Shown piece by piece: positions 41,440-57,190 of a stretch of 64,000 bases of DNA. The notes beneath the pieces were generated by a model. The model saw only the letters and a list, made by a program, of their open reading frames with translations, had not been told where the DNA came from and ran no database searches. The DNA comes from the human T2T-CHM13v2.0 reference genome, Homo sapiens: assembly GCF_009914755.1 (NCBI RefSeq), contig NC_060942.1. One strand, 5' to 3'. The number at the start of each line of letters is the position of its first letter. Position 1 is the stretch's first letter. The position numbers and the translations under genes are program-made.

Positions 41440-42060
41440 CTGAAAGTAGAGAAGCAGCAAAACAAGAATTAAGCAACCATTTGGAATGTAAAAACATTCA
41501 ACAAATGTAACATTTTCTCCGCATTCCAGTGGGAGCACAATAAATAAACCTTTTTATTGGAGACAGAGTCAGGTCACCTGCTTGACTTCAGCTGAGATTC
41601 ACTGCTTTTAAGTCCCTTTTCCGAGGATGCTCCCATGTTTGTGTTGGGTGCCAGAAGCACCACGCAAGTCCTGAGGAAGATGAACCCAACCTTTCTAACA
41701 ACTTCCACCTGGGCAGGAAATCAGCTGCAACAGGTGGTCTTCCTTGAGGTGCTGGTCCGTGGTTGATTCCCTCCTGACTGTGACGTCATTACAATTGTAA
41801 AAGGAAGATGTACTTCTTGCATAATACTCCCTTGACTGCAATGTTCCTTATTTTGAAGAATTCCATAGATGGGAAAAGGAAAATTTCATCCCAGAAAATA
41901 GAACCCCTTATTATTAATCTTTTAAAGCTGAAGGGACACTAGTTCTAAGTGCCCATGCTTTCATAGTAACATTTTCTTAAGGACTAAGAAATCAAAAACC
42001 TTTTGATTTAGGGGAACTCTATTGTTTAGGAAATACAGTACCTAACACACAGTAGGTTTA

Positions 42061-42379
<319 letters not shown>

Positions 42380-43088
42380 TAAAAATAGCTTTATTGATAT
42401 ATAATTCACATACCATGCAATTCACCCATTTAAATTGTCTAATTCAGTGGTTTTTAGTATATTCACGGAGTTGTGCAACCTTCACTGCAATCCATTTTGC
42501 AACATTTTCATCAACCCTGTGTAAGAAGCCCCACGACAGTTGCTTCCTTTTCTCCCTATCTCAGCCCTAGCCAACCACGAATTTACTTTTTGTCTCTATA
42601 GATTTGCCTAATCTGGAAATTTTATATGAATGAAATTATATAATATGTAGCCTTTCATAAATGGATTGTTTTTACTTAGCATAATGTTTTCTAGGTTGAT
42701 CCACTGGTAGCATGCACAGTTCTTTATCCCTTTTAAATACCCAATAATACTCCATTGTATGGCCATGCAACATTTTATCCTTTCATTAGTTAATAGGCAT
42801 TTGGATCATTTCTATATTTTAGCTATGATGGATAATGCTGCTATGAACATTCACATACAAGTTTTTGTGTGGACAGATGGTTTCAATCCTCCTGGGTAAA
42901 TGAACCTAGGACTGGAATTGCTGGTCTTATGGAAATTTTATGTTTAAAATTTTGAGGAATTGGCACTTTGTTTTCCAAAGTTGCTGCACCATTTTACATT
43001 CCCACCAGCAGTGTGTGACCATTTCAACTTCTCCATGTCCTCAGTAGCACTGGTTATTATCTGCCTTTTTAAAAATTATAGCCATTCT
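42380..43088 (-). mobile_element. Old L1 (L1M-type) 3' fragment
   Basis: 'agctttattgatatataattcacatacc...ccattttacattcccaccagcagtgt...tagccattct'. Confidence 0.85.
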
Positions 43089-43417
<329 letters not shown>

Positions 43418-44886
43418 TTATAAGCCTGGAGATGTATTACTATCTTCTATGACAAAACCTTGCACTTTTTCTGAGTTCCTGGGTGCATTAAAATATAAGT
43501 GCAGAACCTAGGTTCCCGGAGTAACTCTTTTTTTCCACGAGTAACAAATTTATTTCCCAAATAATGTTTTCCTCCTAAAGAACTGTTAATTTTAGATTCG
43601 ACAGGAGACAATTCAACTAGTGACTTGGCATGCAATTTTAGCAGTTTCATTGCTATTCGGAGTGAGACTGTGATGAATTTACACAGTCAAAAGAAAATAA
43701 TTTTGATTTTTTAAAATAGAATAAGACTAAGTTACCAATTGTGTGTGAATATGTGTGTGTGGGTCTGTGTTTAAGAGGAAAGAGGGAGAGAGAGTAAAAG
43801 AAAAGAGTGTTAGATGAAGGTGCCTTGTAAGTGAGAGTATAACGTGGGATTTTCAGCATGGAGAAGCAGGCATAGGAGTTTGGGATGAATGAATCAATGA
43901 ATGACATTCCCTTGGTCCATGAACACAGGGGTTATATTCTCACCTCTGTCACTAGAATTCACCTGTTGGATTGTGTTTCATTTACCCCAGTAGCTCTTCA
44001 CCCAAAAATCTGTTACGAAGACCAAACTTTGCCCTAGTCTACTCTACCCCATTTACACCTGCTTGCCTTGGATATGGGGTGTGTGGCAACCCTTAAAGCG
44101 GGCACTTGCTCCCAGGAAAGGTGAATTTCATGTAATTCATGAAATGACCATCTCCTCCAAAGACACTAATTTCCAAGACCCATTCAATATAAACACGTTT
44201 ATTTTTACTGTCTTAAAACTAAATTATTAACACAAAGGGAATGTGTGTTTAGTCTGCCATTCTGTTAACAAAACAAACAGTAAGTTGGGAAACCTAATCT
44301 TTTGAAATAAAACTGTTAAAATGGCCCATGAAAGCAAATAAGTAATGAGAAGAGTATGAACATTCTAACTCAGATAAGAACATATCATATAATCAGTAGA
44401 AGAAAAACAGCAAGTGTCATACTTCATTTTTGCTGCTAAAAATGTTCTTTAGGAAAGAATTGGAGAAAAACGTCATGAATAATCAATACTTATCTGTGAC
44501 ACTAATGCACTAAGCATGTTTTATAAAATGATAATCAAAGACAGTCCTATAATCCCTTAACACATTTTGCACTGTATTTTCCTATTTTCACACCTAATTT
44601 TTACTCTAGTAGGATTTATACTTAAAAACATTTATACAAGTTTTCTTTGAGTGGAAAACATTGTCATTCCTAAGTAAAAGCTAAATCATGGTGTAATATA
44701 TGTTCATGTTTAAATTATAGAGGCCTCTAAGCACCGCAAACTGTTTCTTACAGTCTCATGTTTGTTCATTTTTACAAAGCAGTGAATATTTGGAACCTGT
44801 TTTTATAAGGTTTCTCTTGGATACGATTATGATGATGATTGTGGTTTTGTGTCATTGTTTTGTTTTATTGTATTCTATTCACTTAC

Positions 44887-45117
44887 TTTGGAAGCAAGTT
44901 CTCCTGGCTCTTTCTTTTCTAAAAATCCTGGAACTTTTTTAATTTCAGGAAGTTCAAAACTCCATATATACTGTAATATCAACAATAGGTTTCCATAAAC
45001 CACCATGAAGGGAGAGCTGATCATGGCATATTTTCTTCTGTTGCGAATCATCCAAAGAGTGCACGACCAGATCAGCAGCACGAAGGTCAGCCAGCTGTGA
45101 TAGGTGATGCTCCAGGC
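44887..45117 (-). CDS. PIEZO2: PIEZO2 coding exon (~ex13), AWSITYHSWLTF...PGELASK
   Basis: ctccggag|GCC acceptor (GAG), AAA|gtaagt donor; 231 nt, phase 0-0. Confidence 0.94.
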
Positions 45118-45431
45118 CTCCGGAGGACAGAAAAGGAAACACGACCATGGTCAATACGATGCTCAGTCCCCCCCGCCCTGGTAAGGTAAAAACTATCTAA
45201 AAAGAAAAGGTCATAATATTCAAACCAGGGAGAGTAGAGAGTTGTGGTGGAGTGATGGAGACCCCAAGCCGTGGAGTGGTGGCTTGGAAGGCAGGAGGTT
45301 TTAAAGCTTTAACATTGTAGCTCCATTAACACAGCAGAATGGTACCGGACAAGGGCACATTTTTAATGAAGGATTGTGTTGTTTTTACAATAGACTTTTT
45401 TCAGTTAAGTAGCAAAATGTGTATTCAAATA

Positions 45432-45491
45432 TATTTTATTTTATTTTATTTTATTTTATTTTATTTTATTTTATTATTATTTTATTTTATT
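45432..45491. repeat. (TTTTA)n microsatellite
   Basis: Read directly from the sequence. Confidence 0.9.
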
Positions 45492-46162
45492 CAGCTCTAT
45501 TGCTTTAAAGAAAAGACCAAACTTATCTGGCTTAGAGAGAAAAAAAAATGGTATACTCCTGTGAGCTCTGAATGAGAGATTTGCTGCAGTTTAAAGTAGC
45601 AGTTGATGTACAGAAAATGTCAAAAAGTAACCAAAGAACACAGAACTAATTTTATTTGAAGAATAGAGCTGGCAATCCCCAAATTAGCCTCTTCAATTTT
45701 GTGGTGCTTTCTTTTTCCCAGTCTCCTCTCACATGTGGCTGTGTTCCTTACTGGAAACTGAAGTTGAGCATACACAGGTTCATCTGAGAAGCACCTGGAC
45801 TGAGTGCCTGGGGAAACCGTGCCTAGGTTCTGTGTCCCTTGAGTTAAAGAATATTTTTATTTTTATCATCAAAGGTGTCCATAGGATCTCACTGTTGACC
45901 ACAGAATTTGGAAGAGTTGTATTTTAAACAAGAATATTAGGTTTCTCAAAAATAAATCAAATTTCCTAAGAAAATTTGTTTTTGGGAAAAGGAGAGATTA
46001 TAGCTTCTTTTATCTTCTATCTATGGGCCAAGGGTCTGTTTTGAAGGTGTGATGTTGCAGATGGTGAGTAGAAACACGCATAAACTGAGAGCTCACAATT
46101 GGAAGGTGCTCTAGGGAACCACGGTTGCTTGATGCTCATATTGGTAAAACATTATTGCTGCT

Positions 46163-46464
<302 letters not shown>

Positions 46465-46871
46465 TTATTGCAGCTAAGAAGGAATTACGTCTCACCCAAA
46501 TCTAAGATAAGATGTGAATATAACTCTCACTATCTGAAACGAATAAAAGTAGCCTATGTTAACCTTGAAGACCTTCAATGTCATTTAAAAAAACTAATAT
46601 GTCCTCTCAAATTGGCAAAATAAGAGATAGTCTGACTTGACAAGCTAATTTGGAAGAAATGTATTAATACTTAAAAGGAGGATAAATAGAATTGAAAAGG
46701 ACATAATTTTACAATCTGTAGTATAAATATCCCATGAAAAATTAACGCAGCTGACCATTCTCTGCCAAGGCATTAGGGGGATCCCTATACTTCTGCTAGC
46801 CCTGAGAAGATAGCAGCACTTAGAGCCAGTGGGACTGTGGTCTCCTTTCTCCAGCACCCTGGCAGCCGCCA

Positions 46872-47456
46872 CTCATACATACCATCATATCATACATACT
46901 GTCATATCATACATACCGTCATATCATATCATACATACCATCAGATATTGTACACACCATCATATCATACATACCATCATATCATATCTTACATACCATC
47001 ATATATGTACTATCATGTCATATCATACATACCATCATATCTTATATACCATTATATATGTACCATCATATTATACATACCGTCATAGCATACATACCAT
47101 CATATCATATCTTACATACCATCATATATGTACTATCATGTCATATCATACATACCATCATATCTTATATACCATTATATATGTACCATCATATTATACA
47201 TACCATCATAGCACACATACCATCATATCATATTATACATATCATCATATTATACCTACCATCATATCATACATACCATCATATCTTACATACCATCATA
47301 TATGTACTATCATGTCATATCATACATACCATCATATCTTATATACCATTATATATGTACCATCATATTATACATACCATCATAGCACACATACCATCAT
47401 ATCATATTATACATATCATCATATTATACCTATCATCATATCATACATACCATCAT
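46872..47456. repeat. ~585-bp minisatellite (~17-nt monomer catacataccatcatat) abutting an exon donor
   Basis: Higher-order block recurs at about 46988, 47111 and 47285; the last monomer overlaps the exon/intron junction at 47450/47451. Confidence 0.95.
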
Positions 47457-47599
47457 AGCTATGAGGGCACAGATGTAACTTTGTTTCATAATAAATTGGA
47501 ATACGGAGACCATGGCATGAACTTTGATACTTCTTTTTTCCTCACGGCTCCTTTCTTCTTCAAATTCTTCTTTCTCTTCCTCTTCCTCCTCTCGCTTTT
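47451..47599 (-). CDS. PIEZO2: PIEZO2 coding exon (~ex12), (E)KREEEEEEKEEF...YICALIAMM
   Basis: atctag|AAAAG acceptor, ATG|gtatgt donor; 149 nt, phase 1-0; not in the ORF track. Confidence 0.95.
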
Positions 47600-47859
47600 C
47601 TAGATGGACGAATACTTTATTTAACTATTTATGCAAACATGTGACGTTTGTATAAATGTTCCAAGCAATGCAGCACATGTATGGTTTTGGTATAGCCTTT
47701 TATTTAAGATTTCAGAAATTTTTTCCCATTCATAAAGCCCTTAAAATTCAAACAGAATCAATAAGTTCTGCATGGTCAGTGTAATGGGATCTAGCATGTG
47801 ATAATTGAGGAAGGAAAATTTCCATGTAAGAAGATACGGAATGAAGCCTCTAAACCTGT

Positions 47860-48340
47860 CATCAGAGCCCCCACCTCCTGGTGTTCATGCTGTTGTGTGG
47901 GCCCTCCCCTCGAGTGTGGGTGGGACCTGTGACAGGCTTCTTCTAACACAAATAGGGCACTCTAGAGGGGATGAAGGGTCACTTTCAAGATTCTGTTTAA
48001 AAAGACTGTGGTTTTCATCTTGAGTGCTCTCTCTTATTCTCTCACCTGCTTGTCCTCAGACAAGCCAGCTACCATGCTGTAAACAGCCCTATGGGGAGCC
48101 CCAGGTGTGAGAACTGATGGCTCTGCCAGCCAGATGTCAGCAAGAGCCTGAGGCCAGCCAATAGCTACACAGTGAGCCTGGGAGCAGATTCTCCCCCTCT
48201 CCGACAAGCCTTCAGCTGAGATAGCAGCTTGACTGCAATCTCATGAGCAACCTTGAGCCAGAGGAACCAGCCTAGTGATGGCCAGGTTCCTGGTCCAGAG
48301 AAAGTGTGTCATACTAAGTGCTGTTCTAAGCCACTAAGTA
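47860..48340 (+). mobile_element. MLT1-type (ERVL-MaLR) solo LTR
   Basis: 'ccccacctcctggtgttcatg...cttgactgcaatctcatgag...ccttgagccagagga...ttctaagccactaagt'. Confidence 0.75.
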
Positions 48341-49758
48341 GACTGCCCTTTCTGCCTTTCTTGTTCAAATCAAATGGGCTGTGTATAGGTGGGTTACAGG
48401 AGAAAGTTTCTTAGCAGCATAAAGAGGTATAAATGACTGAAAAATCAGTGACTGTGCATACTACTCCACATGGGCTCTGCAATGAGACGATGGTGTGTCT
48501 TTGGCAGAAGCCCACTGGCTCTCATTCTTCCTGCAGTAGGACTGGATGAGCCTGCGGTTTATACAAAAAGTCCCTGGGATCATAGACAGGGGTGAAAACA
48601 CCAAATCTGATGGATTTTAGAGTTACTGCCATGCTGCTTCTCTGGTTAACACTTTTTGTGTATATAGATTTAATTTTTAAAATCTTTCCAGCTTTTGTTT
48701 CACTTTTGAAAGCCCAGTTTATGATTTCAGTATGTCTGGGTTGTCCGTGTCAGCACTCAAAATTCAATTTACTTGTCCACATGAAAGTAATGGGTAAGTA
48801 GAAGGTTGTCTAGGCTGTGACCCCAACAGCTCAAACGTCAGAAGCCACAGATGCTGACTCTTGGGCCCTGTGTGTTTGCTTCTGGTGCTCATGCTCTGAA
48901 GAGCACACTGGAAAGCACTGTGTTTCCTTGAACTTTCCAGTTTAAGCCTGAGCTGCAAACTAAAACACATACATGCAGGAAGCAGAAACAGGGAACGAAA
49001 CAGTAGAGTTTGAAGCTATGCAGCTCTCAGGTGTCATCATGGGTTGGGTGTGAGGGTGGGGTGGGGGTGGTGGCTGACCTTGATTTAACCTTACTGCGGA
49101 ATGTCAGATAATATGACTAACCAGTTGTACAGTTAAGTATTAAGAAGCCCTGTGGGGCAACTCCAGGAAGTACTGATACAGAATTATGAAGAACAGACAT
49201 GAGAATAAACCTGATAAAGAGTTATGCGAAAAGGCCCTTGGAGTAAGTGTGATGTACCACAGATGCAAATTGGAGAGCTGTGGCCACTCACTAAAGGCAC
49301 GACGACAAGGTCTAAGAACTCTGGCTGTAATTACATACAAATAGAGATGCAAATCCACTCTAGTTTTATAGTCGCTTTGTAATTCTGTCTTTATGGATTG
49401 GTGACAGGCAATTGGTCCCTTGCAGGGGCAATGACAATAGAGGTCCATCTAACTGCTGTTTTGTAGAGGTGAGGGACTAGTGTTGCCAGACCTTCACAGT
49501 CTTCAAGGGATTCCAGAAGTGTCCATTTCTAGGTCAGAGGTGCAGCTTTTTAAATGATGGCTATTTGAATTTGTTTTAAATGCTGTGCAGACCAAAAATC
49601 AAATCTGAGTGAAACTCAGCCCCAAGTCACCAATTTGTCATCTTTAGTAATAGTGGTCTCCTTCAACATAAACAACTGAAAGAAAAGGGAGACAAAAAGC
49701 CTTGCAAAAGTTAAGACAACCTCGTTTTTTAAAAAATGGACAAAAAAAAGGACTCTTA

Positions 49759-50074
<316 letters not shown>

Positions 50075-50412
50075 TTAACCAGGAAAACCACTGACCATAA
50101 TTACAATATCAACTAAAAGAAAGACCAACATATGTATAGATGCTATACCTAAGTTGACATGTTTAAAATACTGTTTTCACCTTTTATTTTAAAAGTTTGC
50201 CTCAATTATGTCACTTACTTTGTATACAAGGATAGAACACAACTAGCAATATGCTGGGGCAAAATGCAGGCAGAACTTAAAGAAGTGAGGTTAATGACAC
50301 TGACATGGATACAGTTTTTAAAAAAATAAAATAAGCAACAACAACAAAAAGAGAGAGGCCAAGCTTCTAAATGAGGAAGAAATGCGACCCTGAGTGCAGG
50401 GCTGGCTCCTAC

Positions 50413-50551
50413 CTGAGGATTCATCAGAGGGCTCCCACCGGTACTGAGGGGTGGAGTAGAGGTCGGCTTTGCCAGGGCCGTTCTCCATGGGCAGGCTTGG
50501 GTGGATGGTGTGGTAATCCACGGGGTTGCCGTTCACAGTCACCAGCAGGCC
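50413..50551 (-). CDS. PIEZO2: PIEZO2 coding exon (~ex11), GLLVTVNGNPVDYH...WEPSDESS
   Basis: cggcag|GGC acceptor, CAG|gtagga donor; 139 nt, phase 0-1. Confidence 0.96.
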
Positions 50552-51465
50552 CTGCCGGGAGTGCAGAGAAAGGGACAACTGTTACAGCAGCTCTGGGTTT
50601 TCAATGCAGACATACCCCCACTTCCCTTCCTCCACCCTAACTGAACAGTGAGGAGTTGATTACAAGCTGAATAACTTAGCCAATTGCCCAAATATTTTAG
50701 TAAGGGGAATCTTGTACATTCCCTCTCCAACTCTAGTCTCCACAGAGTGATCGCAGGAAAATGTGCATCTGATCTTGTTGCACTTTGCCTGAAACCATGC
50801 TTCGCACCTGCTGTCCTCAGTATGAAGAGCAAACTCTTGTAAATGGCTGAAGGAGGCCTTCAAGATTTGGTCTGATCTTTCCAGCCTCAGCCTTTGCTAC
50901 TGTCCACCTCTCAGCCATCCCTCCATCTATATGGGACTCTAGACCTTTCTTGGGCTGTGGTCCAACATTGTCCTGCCTATGCCCTATGTGGCTCTGCACA
51001 GGACTAATGCAAACATCCCTTGGATCTCAGCTAAGGCATCACCCTCTGGGGATCTCTGCCTGACTGCAGGTTGCTATGTCCTTACTACACCACTAAGTAC
51101 AATTGCTTGTTTCATCCTTCTGTCTCTTTGGCTTTACAATTTTTGAGATAAACATAACACCCACCAATACACAGGTGTATGTGCGCCCATGGGCATGCAA
51201 AACTTCCTACTTACGAATTAGGCATAGCTACAGAACAAAACACTTTTTAAAAAGCCCACAAAGCTCCTTAAAATTTAAATATATTTTGTATGATTATACT
51301 CAATTTCATTTAACAGCAATCTACCAGATATAATTTATGCCCAAAAATGGAAAAGCTTATGGAAATTTTAATAGATCATTAAAATAGACTCAAAGGAGCT
51401 ACTTCCATTTGTTGCCTTTACATCACTTACACATGCATAAATGATAATTCTAAGGGTATACTAAC

Positions 51466-51504
51466 ATCAGATGGTTTGTAGTCATCCTGGGTCATGGATA
51501 AAAG
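51466..51504 (-). CDS. PIEZO2: PIEZO2 microexon (~E10), LLSMTQDDYKPSD
   Basis: TACTAAC branch point, ttgcag|CTT acceptor, GAT|gttagt donor; 39 nt, phase 0-0. Confidence 0.92.
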
Positions 51505-51530
51505 CTGCAAAAAGCAATGCGGGAAAGCAT

Positions 51531-51537
51531 GTTAGTA
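51531..51537 (-). promoter_or_regulatory. Perfect TACTAAC branch point / QKI-type motif upstream of the 39-nt microexon
   Basis: Plus gttagta = sense TACTAAC, about 27 nt upstream of the acceptor AG. Confidence 0.75.
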
Positions 51538-51886
51538 AGGAAGCTGAAAGCATTTTACTGTTTATGTATCTATAAAGTTTTACTGTGCACAAGCCCATTC
51601 TCTTTAACTTGCTGATTGCTAGTATATTAATATTGCCATGCAAAATATAAAAGGACAAATAAATGAGCTGGATGCTGCTGTTTATGACAACTATTTCACA
51701 GCTCTTGATGTTAATGTTTAGTTATACAGCAGATAAGCAACCACATGTCTATAAATGTTACCATGTTTTTCAAGGGTTATGTTCTACAAGAATAAGCGCT
51801 TAGTTTTATACCCGTTTGAGACATCTGCAGAATTCTGAATGTATTTATGTTTCAAGAAATAGAATTTTCATAATAAAGAAAAATTG

Positions 51887-52265
<379 letters not shown>

Positions 52266-52344
52266 TTATTATATGACTCTACTTTTTAACTAGTAATACC
52301 TTACTACCAGGTGATTTGGGCTTCCCCCAAATAATAATTAGCAC

Positions 52345-53570
<1,226 letters not shown>

Positions 53571-53954
53571 TCAACCAAATACCCGACAGAGTAAAATTAT
53601 TTTCTGCAATATAGTTCAGCACTGAAATTTTCACCCTCCAGTGCTAACAGATTGCTTTGCTACTTTTGTTTGTTTTAATTACAAAATTATTTTTTAATAG
53701 GAACATTCTTTTTAAGATTAGGAGATTTCAGTAGAAAGCACGGAAATATAAAATGATGTTCTTGACGGGATCTGGGTATTTTCTTTGGAAATAGTTTTCC
53801 CTCTCTGGTACTAACTCTCCTAAATCACTGTTTCTATAAACTACAAGCAACCTGAATATGATATGATATATATGATATTATAAGGCTCATATTCAACAGT
53901 AAAATACAAAAACAGAAAAATTAGGGAACGGAAATCCCTTTCATCATGGCTTAC

Positions 53955-54074
53955 TTTTCTCTCATCAGTGGGGTAATGGGTTGCGTACCACAGGCTCCGC
54001 CTCCTCCCCGCTGTTATTTGGATGGGGCTACAAGCCAGGGCTTTGTCCTCTTCTTTGGTCCCCTCATCCTGCAC
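53955..54074 (-). CDS. PIEZO2: PIEZO2 coding exon (~ex9), VQDEGTKEEDK...HYPTDERK
   Basis: tttcag|GTG acceptor, AAA|gtaagc donor; 120 nt, phase 0-0. Confidence 0.96.
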
Positions 54075-55317
54075 CTGAAACACAGAAACAGGATCAGTCT
54101 TGCTTCCTGAGGCAGTTCCCTAGACAGCCTGGGTGGCCAAGACAGAGCTTTTCATTTTGGCTCAGTATGATGACTTTTCAAAGTGAATGTTTACAATATA
54201 CAGGATTTTATCAAGACACTTTAAAAAATGACAAAAATACCACCCTGTAATTGTAAGTACACCAGTATTAAATGTCCCCTGATTCTACTAAGCCCCATGC
54301 ATTACAGAATATGCTCCATTGTTAAATATCCACAGCTTTTCCACGTGCATTCTCAACTGCACTCAAAAGCAGAGATGCACATGGCTCTTAGCCAAGAGCC
54401 TTCACAAAGGTGCGCGGTTAACCGTGTAAGCCAGCTGCCGGCAATCTTCAATTAAGACTGGATGTATTGAAGGCAGAATCATCTAGAGCTCACACAGCAC
54501 TAAGCAAGAGCGTATCTATGCACATGAGACATTTGCCTAAATTAGACAACTGGTCTAGGAAAGGTGATAGAGAGGAATACGAGGAACAGAAGCGCTTCGG
54601 TGCCTTAGCATGTTTTCCCAACAAAAGTGTCCTAGTGAAAAGGGCAGTCAGGCATCACTGATACTGGAGTGGAGTGGACTTAGTCTCATTGTCTGGGTCC
54701 CAGTGCACCAGAGTAGAACTCCTAAGCAGGGCACCCTAACTCCCTGGAAGGGCGTTACATTTGCCAGGTGGGGGCCACATATTACACTGAAGTCTCGACA
54801 CTGACTTTTCTCTCTCTCTTTTTCAAACATGTTTCATAGATGTCTACTTCAGCACTCACATTTGGTGGCCGGTATTTTTCATTAAATGCACCAGGTCACC
54901 TGGAACTATGATATAATCAGCTTCTTTTTCTCATTGACTCAATGCAACAGGCCTTCCGTCCCAGCCCATTTGAAATAGAGCCCACATGAAATGTTGATGA
55001 TAGTTTGAAGCCCACTTCTCTACATACCCCTGCAGACCTCGTGATTTATAACATTGCTGTTGCTGTGTGGCCTATAGCCTAGAAGGTCTTCCCGGCTCTC
55101 TCTCTGCTACCTTTGCTTGCCAGACAGCACATGGCAGTGGAAGCAGAATATCGCATGGACCCAAAGTTATAACGGAGCCCTCATCAAGCTACTGCATTAT
55201 CCAAGAGATGACATGGGATATCCCAGAGAAAGCAAATGGGCTGGGAAATCTTAATAACTAGAAAGCCTTAAAGTAATTTCCATAATGTATAAGAGTTTGT
55301 TCAGAAATAGTTCCCAT

Positions 55318-55602
<285 letters not shown>

Positions 55603-56734
55603 TATATATGTATATTTAATTTTTTATGTACATGTTTTTATTTGTGAATATATACATATACATATGCATGTTTGTGGAGGAATTGGACACAATTTTAATG
55701 ATTCTACTGGCACAGTCAAATTTTAGAAGAGAACTGAAGAAAAATATAACACAACATGACTGGGATTCCTTACCACCCATAAATCATTTTGTTACTATAC
55801 AACTGTCATCAGTGGCCTAAAAGAAAGATGATCCATGAGAACCCTGCTAACAAGGATGGCCTCTGAGACCCTAATCCCACAGATGGCTGTTAGCCACTGA
55901 GATGGGGGGGAGGTAGCACATAGGAGGAAGACAGCACCATCCTCATTTCTGCAGGTGGCGCTTCTGTCAGGGATGACCGGAGCCATGCGCCTCCTGCAGT
56001 TTTACAGTCACTATCTGATTTACAACCTGTTTGCTTCTCTTGGACCATTTTTCTCTTTTAGAATGTACAGCTCTCTAAGTGGGGCCCTGCCTACTGAAGT
56101 CATTGCTCTATGCTGGCCCCTAGGTTAGTTTCAGACCCAGTTGGCCTTCCATAAATACTCATTGACTGGCTGACTGATGAACGTGTGGGAATGGTCTGTG
56201 GGTACAAAGACAGACAGAGAAAGTAGGGAACTTCTGCAGGGCCCCAGGCTAGAAGTGATTTGGAGGAGGGGGACTGGAATGCAGAGACTCAGGCTGGGCC
56301 ATGCTCATGAGAACTGTCCCCAGCTGTAGGGTTCCCCGCAGGTGGGGCCTGAAAAGGTGCGGCCACCCTGTCTACACAGCTTGTCTCCTTCATGTGTCAA
56401 TAAGCAACCTTGCAACCGGGCTCCTGACAGTCATTTAGGGGAAAGAAAAGCAGGCTGATATTTTCTGTCACTGAAGGAGAAAAGAGAGAAGAGAAGCCTC
56501 CCAGGCTTCAGTCCTCCCCTCAGAAATGCTGTGTCCTTGTTCATATTTTCATAGGGAATAAACACCCTCAGTTGTGCTGGAAGAATATTCGAATCCCCAT
56601 CCCTCACAAGGGGATACTCAGGAGGCAACAGGCACCACCAAGAGCTGGGCTATCACTCCATCTTCACAGGCTAAGAGCGCTGGAGGAGATTTGGGAAACA
56701 CCAGTCCTCTTGATAACAGGGGTGTGTGTCTCTG

Positions 56735-56935
56735 AGAACTGAGCTTTGTTGTCAAATGTGGATTAGAATCTGATTTGTACCATCCAGTAAATGTGTGATT
56801 TTAGAAAAACTGACATCTCTAACCTCATTTTCCTCATCTGTAAATGGGTATAATACCTATTCTATTGATCAGAGTTGTTTAGTTTATTAAATGAGATAAT
56901 GTATGACATGGCATATTACAGTAAGTGATCAGCAA
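56735..56935 (+). mobile_element. MIR
   Basis: 'ctctaacctcattttcctcatctgtaaatgggtataatacct...attaaatgagataatgtat'. Confidence 0.75.
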
Positions 56936-57190
56936 AAATGAGTCTTCCGTTCTTCTCACTGCCTGCCATTCTTACCAGCAGTTTGTGGTAGTAAAGGGAA
57001 GCTAGTCTTTGATCTGATAGTATTTATATTCACTTAATACTCTTTGCAGAATTAAAACATCATACCCAGAACACTAGAGTTGTGTTGGAATAGAGTATCG
57101 ATTAGTCAGTAGAGAACAGGAGTGAATCATTTCACGTGGAGATTCTAGGTTACTTTGCAGACAAGATCATGAAAATGTTTTTGTCCTTAC

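Noticed and set aside
46872-47456. CRISPR-like appearance of the repeat array
   Set aside because: No unique spacers and no cas genes; it is a eukaryotic intronic minisatellite.
46829-47603. Long His/Ile/Tyr-rich plus-strand ORFs (209 and 181 aa)
   Set aside because: Translations of the minisatellite, antisense to PIEZO2, with no sign of an independent gene.
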